Part shown: positions 52,304-64,000 of the stretch, in pieces
How the letters are laid out: the number at the start of each line of letters is the position of its first letter
Position numbering within the stretch: the stretch's first letter is position 1
Source of the DNA: the human T2T-CHM13v2.0 reference genome, Homo sapiens
Assembly: GCF_009914755.1 (NCBI RefSeq)
Contig: NC_060941.1
DNA length: 64,000 nucleotides
Reading direction: 5' to 3' (one strand)
Made by a program: the position numbers and the translations under genes
Notes under the pieces: model-generated
Database searches by the model: none
Told to the model about the DNA's origin: nothing
The model's input: only the letters and a program-made list of their open reading frames with translations

Positions 52304-52776
52304 GGAACCCCTGTTAAGGAGAATTAACAAAGTGTGATTATTAAAGGAGCACTGACTTGGGAGTGAGACCTGGAGGCCCACACCCTTGGTTAAGACATTA
52401 TACCACCTTGAGTCTGGCCTGTTGACTGAGGGTGAGACACTCCATCCTCGTCTGATTGTGGGGTCTTGACCTCAAGGGGTTTCCTGCAGGAAGAAGCAAA
52501 TGGGTTTGCTTTCCTAGCTCTGTCCAGTACCTTAGGGACCCTGAGGACTGGAGAGATTCTTGGAGAGCCATCTGGTGTATGTCATGGGTGGGCCTTTCTT
52601 GAAGGTCAGTCTGCCCAGTGGGCTGGCTCAGCCCCAATGAACTGTCTTGAATCTTTGGAGTTGTCTGTGTACTTTTAAGGGCTTCTTATCCTTGCACCAA
52701 AAGATCCTCTGGAAATTAGGTGGGAAAACCTTAACTTTTGTGGGGCCTTGTGTTTGTCTTAAAAGTTCATGCACAT

Positions 52777-53046
52777 GGCCAGGTGTGGTGGTTCATACCT
52801 GTTATCCTGTCCTGGATCCTTTGAGTCAAGGTGTTTGAGACCAACCTGGATGATATAGTGAGACCCTGGTCTCTACAAAAAATAAAATATTAGCCAGGGG
52901 TGGTTGTGCGCATCTGTAATCCCAGCTACTACTGTGGCTGAGGCGGGAGGAGCACTTGAGACTGCACTGAGCTGTGATCTCACCAGTGTACTCCAGCCTG
53001 GGCCACAGAGCAAGACCATGACTCAAAAAAAAAAAAAAAAAAAAAA
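52777..53046 (+). mobile_element. AluJ with internal deletions
   Basis: ggccaggtgtggtgg, atagtgagaccctggtctctacaaaaaa, gagctgtgatc, poly-A. Confidence 0.85.
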
Positions 53047-53195
53047 CCAACAAGAAAAATTCTTGAAGATTTTGCATTCTGTCCCACTATCCATTGGTTT
53101 TCATGTCAAGATAATGTCAGAAATTCTTTACAATTGCTTGCAGAAGGAGTAGACTTTTGATCTAGTGCACAGGTGTCCAGTCTTCCAACCAATAG

Positions 53196-53535
<340 letters not shown>

Positions 53536-53896
53536 AGCTTTCTTTATTGTATTGATATTTACCTTCATTGCTGTTTGTTTAGGAAATATATTGTGTCACG
53601 TTATTTCCGTGAAAATTGTTTGAATTTGTGGTAAGGTCTAGAAAATGTTAATTTTTGTAAGTATTCGGTATGAACATGAAAATGACATGAATTATAATAC
53701 TCATGTTCCTTATATCACATTTGCCCTTTTTAAAATCTAGTAGCTTCTTTTAAAACTTACTCTTTTAATTTCTTCTTTTATCTATTACTGAAGGATGTGT
53801 GTTTGAAATGTCTATAATAATTTGGGGGCTTATCCATTTCTACTGACTTGCTGATATTTTTGCTTTATATAATTTGACTGTCTCTCTAAATACGTG

Positions 53897-53952
53897 TTTG
53901 TGTGTGTGTGTGAGAGAGAGTGTGTGGTGTGTGTGTATATATGTATATATGT
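53897..53952. repeat. Compound (TG)n(GA)n(TA)n microsatellite
   Basis: tgtgtgtgtgtgagagagagtgtgtggtgtgtgtgtatatatgtatatat. Confidence 0.8.
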
Positions 53953-54455
53953 ATCAGGCTAATGCACATTTAAGTCATCACATCTTAATAACTTAAAACT
54001 TTTATTACACTGGTTAGACTAACTTATTTTAATAAATGTTTCTAACTTACATTCTATTTTGTCTACATAGCAACTTTTTAAAAAATTATATTCATGTAGT
54101 ATGTTTGCATGTATATCATATATACACACACTATCTGTATTGTTTGAACTTCAAAGTTTCTGAAAATTTATATATTAGTTGCCTCTCGTAACTATGATAG
54201 AGACGGAATTTTTTAATTTTGCCAATCTTTGTATTTTAACAAAAACATTGTCTACTTAGGTTTAAGTTAATCTTTGATCATTTATACTTAATTTGTTTTA
54301 TTAATTTGTTATATATATATATATATATAATGCCTCATTTTTTCCTATCAGGGTCTGTCTTCTTGTTTTTAAATTATGACTTTTATTTTTATTGTTTTCA
54401 TAGATACAACAGAGAAATGCATAATGTCCAGTGAATTTATTACAGTTCCAAAGTC

Positions 54456-54803
<348 letters not shown>

Positions 54804-57800
54804 TTAAGGGGTCTTTGAATACTTCAGCCCTAATAAGTTGCTTCCTAACATACATATTTCCGTGCTTATCTAATTTTAAATATCTTTTTGTTTCAACACC
54901 TAATTTTTTATTTAGGTCTATCTGTATGTTTACAATGTATTTTGCTCTGTGTTCATTCTTTGATTTCAGAACTTCAACCTTTCTGAAGCATGTTTTCAGA
55001 GTTTCTCTGTAGTTTCTTTAGTGGAATTCTGCTGGTGGCGTTTTGTTTCTTGTCTCTAAATAAGTTATTTAGCCATAGGTTGATAAATATTTTTCTTGGT
55101 TGAGAATTTCAGAATGGCATTATTATTCTTAACAAATAATATTGTTTATTTTACCTTTCATTCTTTCAGATTTCAATATGATTAAAGGTAATTTGATTTT
55201 TCTAGTGCTAATTGAAATATTTTTCCCTTCCTGATTGTTTACTATTTCTCTAGGAGATGCGTAGGTGTAGGTTTATCTCCATTGTAGCTTGCTTAGCGTG
55301 CATGGAATTTTTGAACATGCGGATTAATGTCTTACAAAAGTCTAGAGAACTTTCAGCCAAAATACCATCACATATTGTCGCTTCCCAGTTCCCTTCTATG
55401 AGAACACTCACTAAACACATGCTACACTTTCTCACTGTATCTTCCATGTCTCTTCATGATTCTGTCCACATTTTGCATTTTTTTAAATTTTCTGTAATGC
55501 ATTCTGAAATATTTATGAACTCTCACCATGGCCATCTCTAATCTGATGAGTTCATTTTTGAGTTTTTAATTTAAAATACTATATTTTTATACAAACTGCT
55601 TTTCAAATTTGCTACATCAATTTTTTAGTCTCCTAAAAATATATTCATTTTATTTTAAATTTTTTTTACAGCAAATGTGCTTTATAATCTAACAGTGATA
55701 TTTCTGCTAATGAACCGTTGTGGATCTGTTTGTACTCTTTTTCTACTTTACTTTCAAATGGTGGAATATCATTTCCTTGCGTACTTAGATGCCTTTGAAT
55801 GACAAATATTTATTTTTCTCTGAAAATTATTTTTGTGCACTTTTGAGGATTAGTAAGAAGAAAATTTGCCAAAGAGAATTTGAATTTTTTTGTGAGTCTA
55901 CTAAAGGCACCACCATTCTGGGACCACATTATGTTAATTCTTGGCCTAAAGGTGTTTGGACGTATGTTTGGACTGCACAATTAAACAATTTTTAAATTAA
56001 TTGCTGTAAATCATTAATGATTAGAGTTTCTTTAAATCTGTCCAATCTCAAGTTATTTTTATTTGCCGTTTCCAGGGAATGTGAAATGGGACTAATTTAC
56101 CTCTGATTCTTCTTTACACTGAGGATAGAAATTTTGGTCCTAGCTTTAGGGAGGAGCTCCTGTGTGATGCCCTATCTTGGGAAAAACTATATATTTCTTT
56201 ACTGTCTTATGTGATGTATGACAGTAGGAATCTGCACTCATTCATTTTGGTACATGTCCATAGGGCAAAATCAGTTTCGGTGTTTAGGTATATTTTGTCT
56301 GCTTCCTGCATTCCCATGGTTTTGACCTTATATTTTACATTTTTTTTCTGAACATACCAATGCTTCAATTTTTTTCCAGTAATATAATCAACTATATTAT
56401 GAGAAAGAGAAAAATTTTGATAAAACACAAATTTCATGTTTTCCTACTCTAATTGCCTTTTACGTAAAAATACAGGTAAAATTTAGTTGTGCTTTTTTGC
56501 TATTGCTGTTTGGCTATTCTCTGTTTGTCTATGTCTTTGCCACATAGGCACAATTAGGGAATTTTGTACACTCTTATTCCAACTGCTTTGATAGTCACAA
56601 GATGTATTTCTCGAACTCCTAGGTATAAAACTCAAGTATCCACAATTTAAATTCTTTTTCCCTCACTTCTATTATGTTTCCAGTCTCAATAGAAATCGAT
56701 GCCAATCCAGAAATACAAGCATTATTCTAATACTTCTCACACATTACAGATATAGATTAAATTTTCTAGATCTCCTTAAATACTGTCATTTTTCACTACT
56801 TGTATCTTAACTGTTATGTTCAACATTTTCTATAATATTAATATGTTGTGAAAATTTCCTTAGTTTCTTATTTGTCCCAGGTTCAATGTTTTGCAGTCTC
56901 TACCTCACCCTGTGAAGCATAAACATTGTACATGCTGTACAAATAATACATAGTTCATGTACTTAGAGATTGCACAGTTTTTATTTGGTTGACAATAGTT
57001 AATGTTTTCTTCTTCATTTTCTACTTCCTGATTTTTCTTTATTTAGTATACACTACATTATCATAAAAATAAGAACGTTTTACAAACTAAAGCAAAAGCA
57101 ACCCTAGAAATAAAATGCACAATTAAGATATGTAAACATACAGTTAGATATACCACGTACTCTTCTAATTTATTTAGACATGTAATTTTAGTACAATTTT
57201 AATTAAAGTCTGTGTATTATCTGTCATCGTCTTAGTATTTTTTATATAACAAATTTTGTAAATCAAAAAGTCTCAGTGTTGTTATAAACTATCTTGGCAG
57301 AGGTTGATCTCCAAGGAATAATTTCTCTCCCAAATTGTGTCAATCAGAATTTCACTCTACCATAATTCTTTTAATCAGTTTCAGAGGAATAATACATTTC
57401 AAAATTGTTCAAGGTACTTGTTGTAGTTCAAGTACATTTTGACAGGTGTAAAACTGTAGACAGACTGATACAAACATATTCTAATTGACTCAAAAGTATA
57501 TAGGACCTCTTTTAAAATCTAGATTTTAAAATGTCGTGTCAACATACACATGTTCTCCTTGTGAAATAAGTGCTTTTTATTCTCTGGATAGAATAATTTA
57601 ATCTTTAAACCTTCAATTCACTCTTAAAAACAAAATATTACATAAGGATATGCTGATAAAAGTAATTCACAACTAGCTTTTCAATTCAGAAATATATGTG
57701 AAAAATCATCAAGCATCTAATGGATTTCAAGGAGAAATGGGTTAGTAATTTATTCCATATGTCTCAATTTTTCCTAGACTCAAGGCTTCCTTTAAAATAA

Positions 57801-58022
57801 TTGTAGGCATTTAAGAAACCATGTAAACTAAAAAGAAGAAATTGTGACACTGCCGCTTAGGTTTTTTAAATCTTTAGACATGAATCAATATATTTTTATA
57901 TTTTATCTTAATTAGACATGGTGAGTTCACCATCTTTTTGTCAGTATAGCATCCAAGCTGATTATCATAGATTACAAGTTCAACTATCAACTGTGTTCTG
58001 AGAGTCTAAAAAAATAAATGAA

Positions 58023-58418
58023 TGTATTAGTTTGGGTATTCTTAAAGCAGAAGTGAGGACACAGCAAAAGTGAGACAAGGAAGAGAAAACAAAATAAAAC
58101 AGGAAAGATAGAAAAGCCAATACCACACGTGTTAAGAGGCAAGTTCCTGTGTTAGATATCTGGGCTTAATTCTATGGGAAGCTATGTGGAGCATGCCTCA
58201 GAATTACATCACTGAATCCAGGGAGATTCTTCTTAGTTACCCTCACGTTTCGTTCCCACTTCATGCCCAGTATCAAGCTCCCATGCTGCTAGAGAAAGTC
58301 CTCAGCTAGAAACAGGTGCAAATTCTGGAGATGAGATCTTGTAGAGTGTTAAGAATGGTTTTCTTCCCAGCAGCTACAGGTAAGGAATAGTGGCTGGGCT
58401 ATTAATACATCTGCTACA
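58023..58418 (-). mobile_element. LTR33/ERVL-like LTR remnant
   Basis: tgtattagtttgggt...catctgctaca termini; gcatgcctcagaatt core. Confidence 0.5.
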
Positions 58419-61179
58419 AATCAATATACCCCTTATGCTCCTTTTGGTGATCGACAATGTATTCAAAAATATTAGATGATCAAGAAGGGCTGCAGAAAGG
58501 AGGAAACAGAAACAAACCGCACACCTCTTGGTTTATTTTTATTCATTCCATCAGTTTCAAGGAAAATGTGTTGGGAGTTCCTGGCATAGAGAATGTCACA
58601 AAGACATGTTTTCAATACTGGTGCTATCCCTAGGGCACAGAAGACCCAGAGAAAGCCCAAGTGGCTGCTGGAACAAAGTCAGACACCGTGCCACCTGTCC
58701 ACACTCCTTGGCTCTGCCATCATGCTGAAGATCGCTTTAAAAGACTGGCTTCCCTCCCCCCAAAATTAAAAGAGCACAAACTGAGAAACTGAATGTAGGA
58801 GACAGCAGTGGATTATGCTGTTCTCAGGGGTCACCTCAGGTTTGGAAGCATTCTTTCAAATTAACCCATCTGAGGCCATCTGCAGAGCAGAAAGGTGGTA
58901 CCTAACTTTTTTTCTTGTCAGCATTTGGTAGGGGTGTTTTATTGACCAAATATGTTCCCACAACCTAGTTTTTTGTAACTAACTAAATATAGTAGATTTT
59001 TAAATTTATCATCAAAATCTATAGACAATTTTTGATTAAAATAGACTCCACATCTATGTCCTGCTTTTCTTCTTCTTATTAATTACATTGCTGTATCAAA
59101 GAACAGGACTTCAGAATCAAGAATATCTTGTCTCTTTGCACTGAATTTATACAAGGTGCTGTTTCTTTAACGCTGTCTCAAAGGATATATTTTTACTCAT
59201 TAAAAAGGAAGATCGGAATCTAGTTGTATGTACAGCTCCAACATATTAATAATTAAAATTAGGAGATAAATGTGGTCAAAGCTATAGAAAGACTTGAGAT
59301 GTCATTTATATTGATTACTGTGTAGCACTCTACAAACAGAAATTTTTTAATATTAGTTTATATAAATATTTTGTAGCATTTCAAATATTTGAGTGCCTGA
59401 AGTTTCTACTCTTATATAGTTCAGATTATCAATTTGAAGACTTACTCCGCTAGTTAAAATGTTTTTAGTCTCGTTTGAGTATTATATAAAAGCAATTTTC
59501 AGTTAAATGTTTTCTGCTTACATAAAACATTACAAATTATTGAGTATTTAATTACATTTTCATGTTCCTGTAATGTCTTTAGAAGATTTTCATATTATTA
59601 CCTATCAATATATGTATGCTTTGTCAAAGAAAAATCAAACATATATATCATTGAAATTGAAACCTTTTAAAAGTACTTATTAATTCTTGAAAAACCACAT
59701 GCATAGGAACAATTACAATATAATATTGTGAACATGTAAATATATATCCTATGTGTATTTTATATATAAGCATATATGATTAAAAATATAGTTAAGAATT
59801 TTTAAACCTAGTATTATAAAGTAAAAATTAGTTAAACTTCTGATGATTATTTGTTAATTAAGATAATATTATTTTGATTAGGGTGATTTTAAATAAACAA
59901 AAATATTAAATTACATGAAAAAATTCTTTATAAAATGTTTATGATTTTTACATTGGTTTTATCACTTTATTCCACTATTTTATTTTAAGATGACCAGCCT
60001 TCTTTAAAATACTGTATTCATCTTAATTAAATTCCATTTGTAAAAAAATTAACAAATGATTTGCTCTATTATACAGTGCAGTTATAAACTGAGTATCTCA
60101 AGATTTATCCCCATTATCGTCATCTGTGGCCCTATTTGTTTTATAAATGTGTTGTCTTTTTCCATGCCTGTCACATCTCTATTTCTCATTCATTTTTCTC
60201 TTTGTCCCTTACAGGGAGGATTGCCTATCTCTAGATTAAGCAAAAGTTGCATATTAACAAAGCACAATAACCTGCTCAATCTTTCTCACACAGAGAAACG
60301 TTTGTTAAGTAATTAACGTGTAGATGATGATACAAAGAGCTTGATTAAATTAGATGTTAAAATACCCTTGTGATTCATAATATGAATGGTATTTAATTTC
60401 TTTGAAATCAATAATTGCTGAATGACATTAATTAATGCCAATATTTCAGAAGTTGTTCTAGTTAGTGAAATGTATACAACATGCAAAATTTTCAGAACTC
60501 TGAAGGGCAACATTATTCTATAGTTAAGAATTAAGAATCAATTCACATTAATTATTGGAGAGAAATAATTATTAAGAATTAATGACCGAGAAAATGTTTT
60601 CATTTTTTATTTAGAAAATTATTTCGTGCATGAGCGTTAATGCAAGTTTTGCAAGAAACATAAATTTAAAGAAACAATTATGTGCACAACATGAATTTAA
60701 TAACATCTTGATATTTTCCACGATTAGAGTTTTATTTGGTAAATCTTTAAATGCACATCATCTAAAGATAATAACTGAATCTTGGAAATCTTGTAGGTAA
60801 GGATAAATATTAGGATGCATCCAATTACATTTACACACACATACAATTACATTCACACCCATACATGCACACACACTCACTGATACACATGTGTCTATAT
60901 ATATACGTGAATTTACTAATTGATTTTAACTAATATTTATAAGAGCCAGTAGGATTGATATATATTGTTGAACCTGAAAAATATTTATTATATACATGTT
61001 TAATATACACACTGAAATAAATGGTAATTGCACTAGGCATTTGCAACTGCACTAAAATATAAGCTGTGAATATTTTGTGATCACTAAAAATTCTTACACT
61101 GAATATTTTTATTTTTATAAAATTAATATGTTTGGTACATGTGTACTTTTTTACAATGTGTTATTTTATTTTTGTCATA

Positions 61180-61520
61180 GAGTCATGTAATGCATAATAA
61201 CATTTCTGTCAAAGATGGATTACATATACAAAAGTGGTCCATGAGATTATAATACATATTTTTACATACTTTTCTATGTTTAAGTATGTTTAGATACATA
61301 AACTCTTATCACTGTGTTCTTATTGCCTGCAGTATTCAGTACAGTAATGTATTACACAGGTTTGTAGCCTAAGAGAGAGAGGCTCTACCATATAACCTAG
61401 ACGTGGTAGGCAGTACGATCTAAGTGTTTGTAATATTCTCTGTGATGTTTACAAAATGATGAAATTGCCTATGGATGCATCTATTAGAACGTATCCCTAA
61501 CATTCAGTGATGTGTGACTG
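61180..61520 (+). mobile_element. Tigger3a (TcMar) MITE-like element with TA target duplication
   Basis: ta|gagtcatg...gtgactg|ta; cagtattcagtacagtaa, caggtttgtagcctaag, agaacgtatccc match the recalled consensus. Confidence 0.85.
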
Positions 61521-62099
61521 TACTAAAATGCTCAATCTAAGTTTCAATGCCCTACATAAAACTGTTGTACTGTGAAATACAAATCTCTCACCTATGGCCT
61601 GAACATGTTTGCAAACTAAGCAGATCATGGGAAGGAGAATGTGCTGGCATCGCTGGGATGATTTTCTCACACTACATGAATAATATCTCCAGACTTTGCG
61701 AAAATGACCCACTTGCATAGAGTTAAAGTAGGCATCTCTTTGCTGGGAAATTTATTAAATGGGAGTGTGAAGTGTTTTTTAAAAGACACTTGTTTGTTTG
61801 TAGCCGGTAGGCCTACAGTGGCTCATGGTAATGGTTGAGGTTGCTAAGATTTGGTGGAAGGAGACAAAATGAAATGGCCACTTATATGGTATATGGATCA
61901 CTTGTTTCTGTTGAGTTACAGATTCAGCTGGCTATTTCTCCCAATGTTAGTTATTTGGAGAAAAAAACATGATGGTAATTTTGGGGTAACAAATACAATA
62001 TTTGATGAAAGCAAATTTATTGACGGTTAGACACACTACAAGATAATTTAGGCTGCAAAGTCAACATGAGACTTCTGGCCCAAATTGTGCAGAGTTTGG

Positions 62100-62425
62100 G
62101 TCCAGCTGCAAAGTTCAAAGGAAGAGGCCATATAAGACGATTGTCACTTTTGACACCAACTGCAAGTTCAGGGGTTTCCCCAGAACACCCTCAGTTTCAA
62201 GAATTTACTTGAAAGACTCACAGAACTCATTGAATGCCATTGTACTCACGGTTTATAATAGAGAAAGGGTAGAAATGAGGACCAATCAAAGGAAGAGACA
62301 TATCACATAAGGTGGAATCTAGGAGGATTTTGAATGTTAAGTTTCCATTGTCTTCAGGATATATTACCTGCCATTGTTGTACAGCAATAAACATGGAGTA
62401 CTACCAACCTGGGGAGCTCACCTGA
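62100..62425 (-). mobile_element. MER21/MER77-like ERVL LTR fragment
   Basis: cacttttgacaccaactgcaagttcagggg, gaaagactcacagaactca, caacctggggagctcacctga. Confidence 0.6.
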
Positions 62426-62429
62426 TGCT

Positions 62430-64000
62430 AAAATGACACTATTTTGAAAATGAAAAGACAAAGGAAAGGATGAGATAAGATGACCTTCCACATTAAGGCA
62501 CTGGAAAAAATAGCAAACTAAACCTAAAGCAAACCGAAGGAAGAAAATAAAAATTAGAGAAATTGATAACTTATAATATTAATCATATTTGTTAGTATTG
62601 ACTAATTGATATTAATTCTTGACTAACTTTTTTTAAAAAGAGAAATATTCACTTCCCAATTTATTCTGTGGGGCCAGTGTTACCTTGATATGAAATTTAG
62701 TCCAAATAGCATAGAAAAATAAAACTACTATAAGTATAAATGCAACATTCCTTAAAAAATACTAACAAATCAAATGTAGCAACATATAAAAGAATTATAC
62801 ACTATGACAAAGTGAAATTTATACTAATCATCCCAGGTTGGTTTAACAGCCCAAAACCCATTAAGGTAATACATCTTATCCATAGAAAAAGAAACAAGAA
62901 TTGCGTGATCATCTCGATAGATTCAGAAAAGACATTTAAGAAAATCCAAATGCTTTAATGATTACAAATAAAAATAAAAACTCAATGAACCAGGAATAGA
63001 GAACTTTCTACACCAGATACATGGCACCTGTGAAAAGCCAACAGCAAACATTCAACTTGCTGGTGAAAGAAAGGATACTTTCCCACAATGGTCAGAGATA
63101 AGAATAAGATATATACTTTGACCTCTTCTAGTCAACACTGTACTAAAGATTTTATGCAGGGCAAAGCGGCAAGTAAAGAAATAAGAGTCACCCATATTGA
63201 ACAGGAAGAAATAACACTTGATTTGCAAATAACATTCTTGTATATAGAAAATTTTAAGGAATCCACTGAACGATAGAACTAGTAAATTATTTCAGCAATA
63301 TTACAGCATACAAGATAAATATACAAAAATCAATTGCACACATCTACAATGAAACCCCCAAAATGAAATTAAGAAAACATTTCAATTTACAATAGCATCA
63401 AAAAAAGAAATAATAATTAATTTGGAAAATGTGATACAAGATTTTACTCTGAAAATTAAAAATTATTGTTTAAAGAAGATGTGAATAATTAACAAACATC
63501 TTACACCCATGAATTGGAAGATTTAACATTGTAGTACTTTACAGTTTGAACTACAGATTTAATGAAATCCCTACAAGTATCCCAACAGACTTCTGTCTAG
63601 AAGCTGACAAGGTGATTCTAAAATACACATGGAGTTGTAAGGGACTCAAATTAGCCAAAATAGTCTTGAAAAAAGAAAACATATTAGGATAATTCACACC
63701 TCCGTGCTCCAAACCTTACGGCAAAGCATCAGTAATCAAGACAACATAATACTGATGAAGGAAAAATATATAGATTGATGGAAGAGAACTGAGAGTCCAT
63801 ATATAAAACTATGTATCTATAGTCAATGGATTCTTACAGTGGTGCCATGTGCAATTCAATGAGGAAGAGACAGTCTTTGAACACACTGGGTCAACAACGT
63901 ACACGTGGATCACCACTTGCAAAATAATAAATTGGAACCCTTACCCCAAAGCATACAAAAATATTAACTCAAATGAATTAAAGACATACATGCAAGAGCT
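62430..64000 (+). mobile_element. Old L1 ORF2 (reverse transcriptase region), frameshifted
   Basis: ORF 62740-62958 HYDKVKFILIIPGWFN..K.I.VIHLI.R...KN.VIISIDSEKTFKKIQ matches the L1 ORF2 motif HHDQVGFIPGMQGWFN...MIISIDAEKAFDKIQ; multiple stops follow. Confidence 0.85.

Noticed and set aside
58540-58760. Locally GC-richer, exon-like unique stretch (minus strand ATGATGGCAGAGCCAAGG...)
   Set aside because: I cannot recognise a protein or a convincing splice structure; a database search would be needed.

Overview
Primate, almost certainly human, pericentromeric DNA (human-lineage AluYb8 and AluYa5 present); no intact protein-coding gene. Bases 1-27865 are an HSat3-like (GGAAT/GGAGT)n satellite. 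It is punctuated by 38 same-orientation copies (hand count) of a ~55-bp AluJ/S-like 3' fragment, so the real monomer is an Alu-anchored composite of ~0.25-1.2 kb. Diagnostic variants in these cassettes show nested higher-order structure: a ~16-kb duplication (about 1.7-11.9 kb vs 17.7-27.0 kb), a 4-monomer ~2.07-kb repeat (12.4-17.4 kb), and recent ~0.9-kb and 150-bp tandem duplications. Two rearrangement breakpoints map inside the Alu cassette. The array stops abruptly mid-monomer at 27865. It abuts AT-rich, TE-dense, segmental-duplication-type DNA (LTRs, old L1/L2, MER20, Tigger3a, Alus) containing a diverged 1.34-kb tandem duplication and a 600-bp polypurine tract. Further on, a GC-rich (GCCGCGGCTTTTTGCCCCC)-type duplicon-border repeat is fused directly to a truncated copy of KSR1 exon 1. 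All long ORFs in the track are repeat artefacts. Repeat subfamily names and the KSR1 call come from recalled consensus/protein sequences, not database searches.
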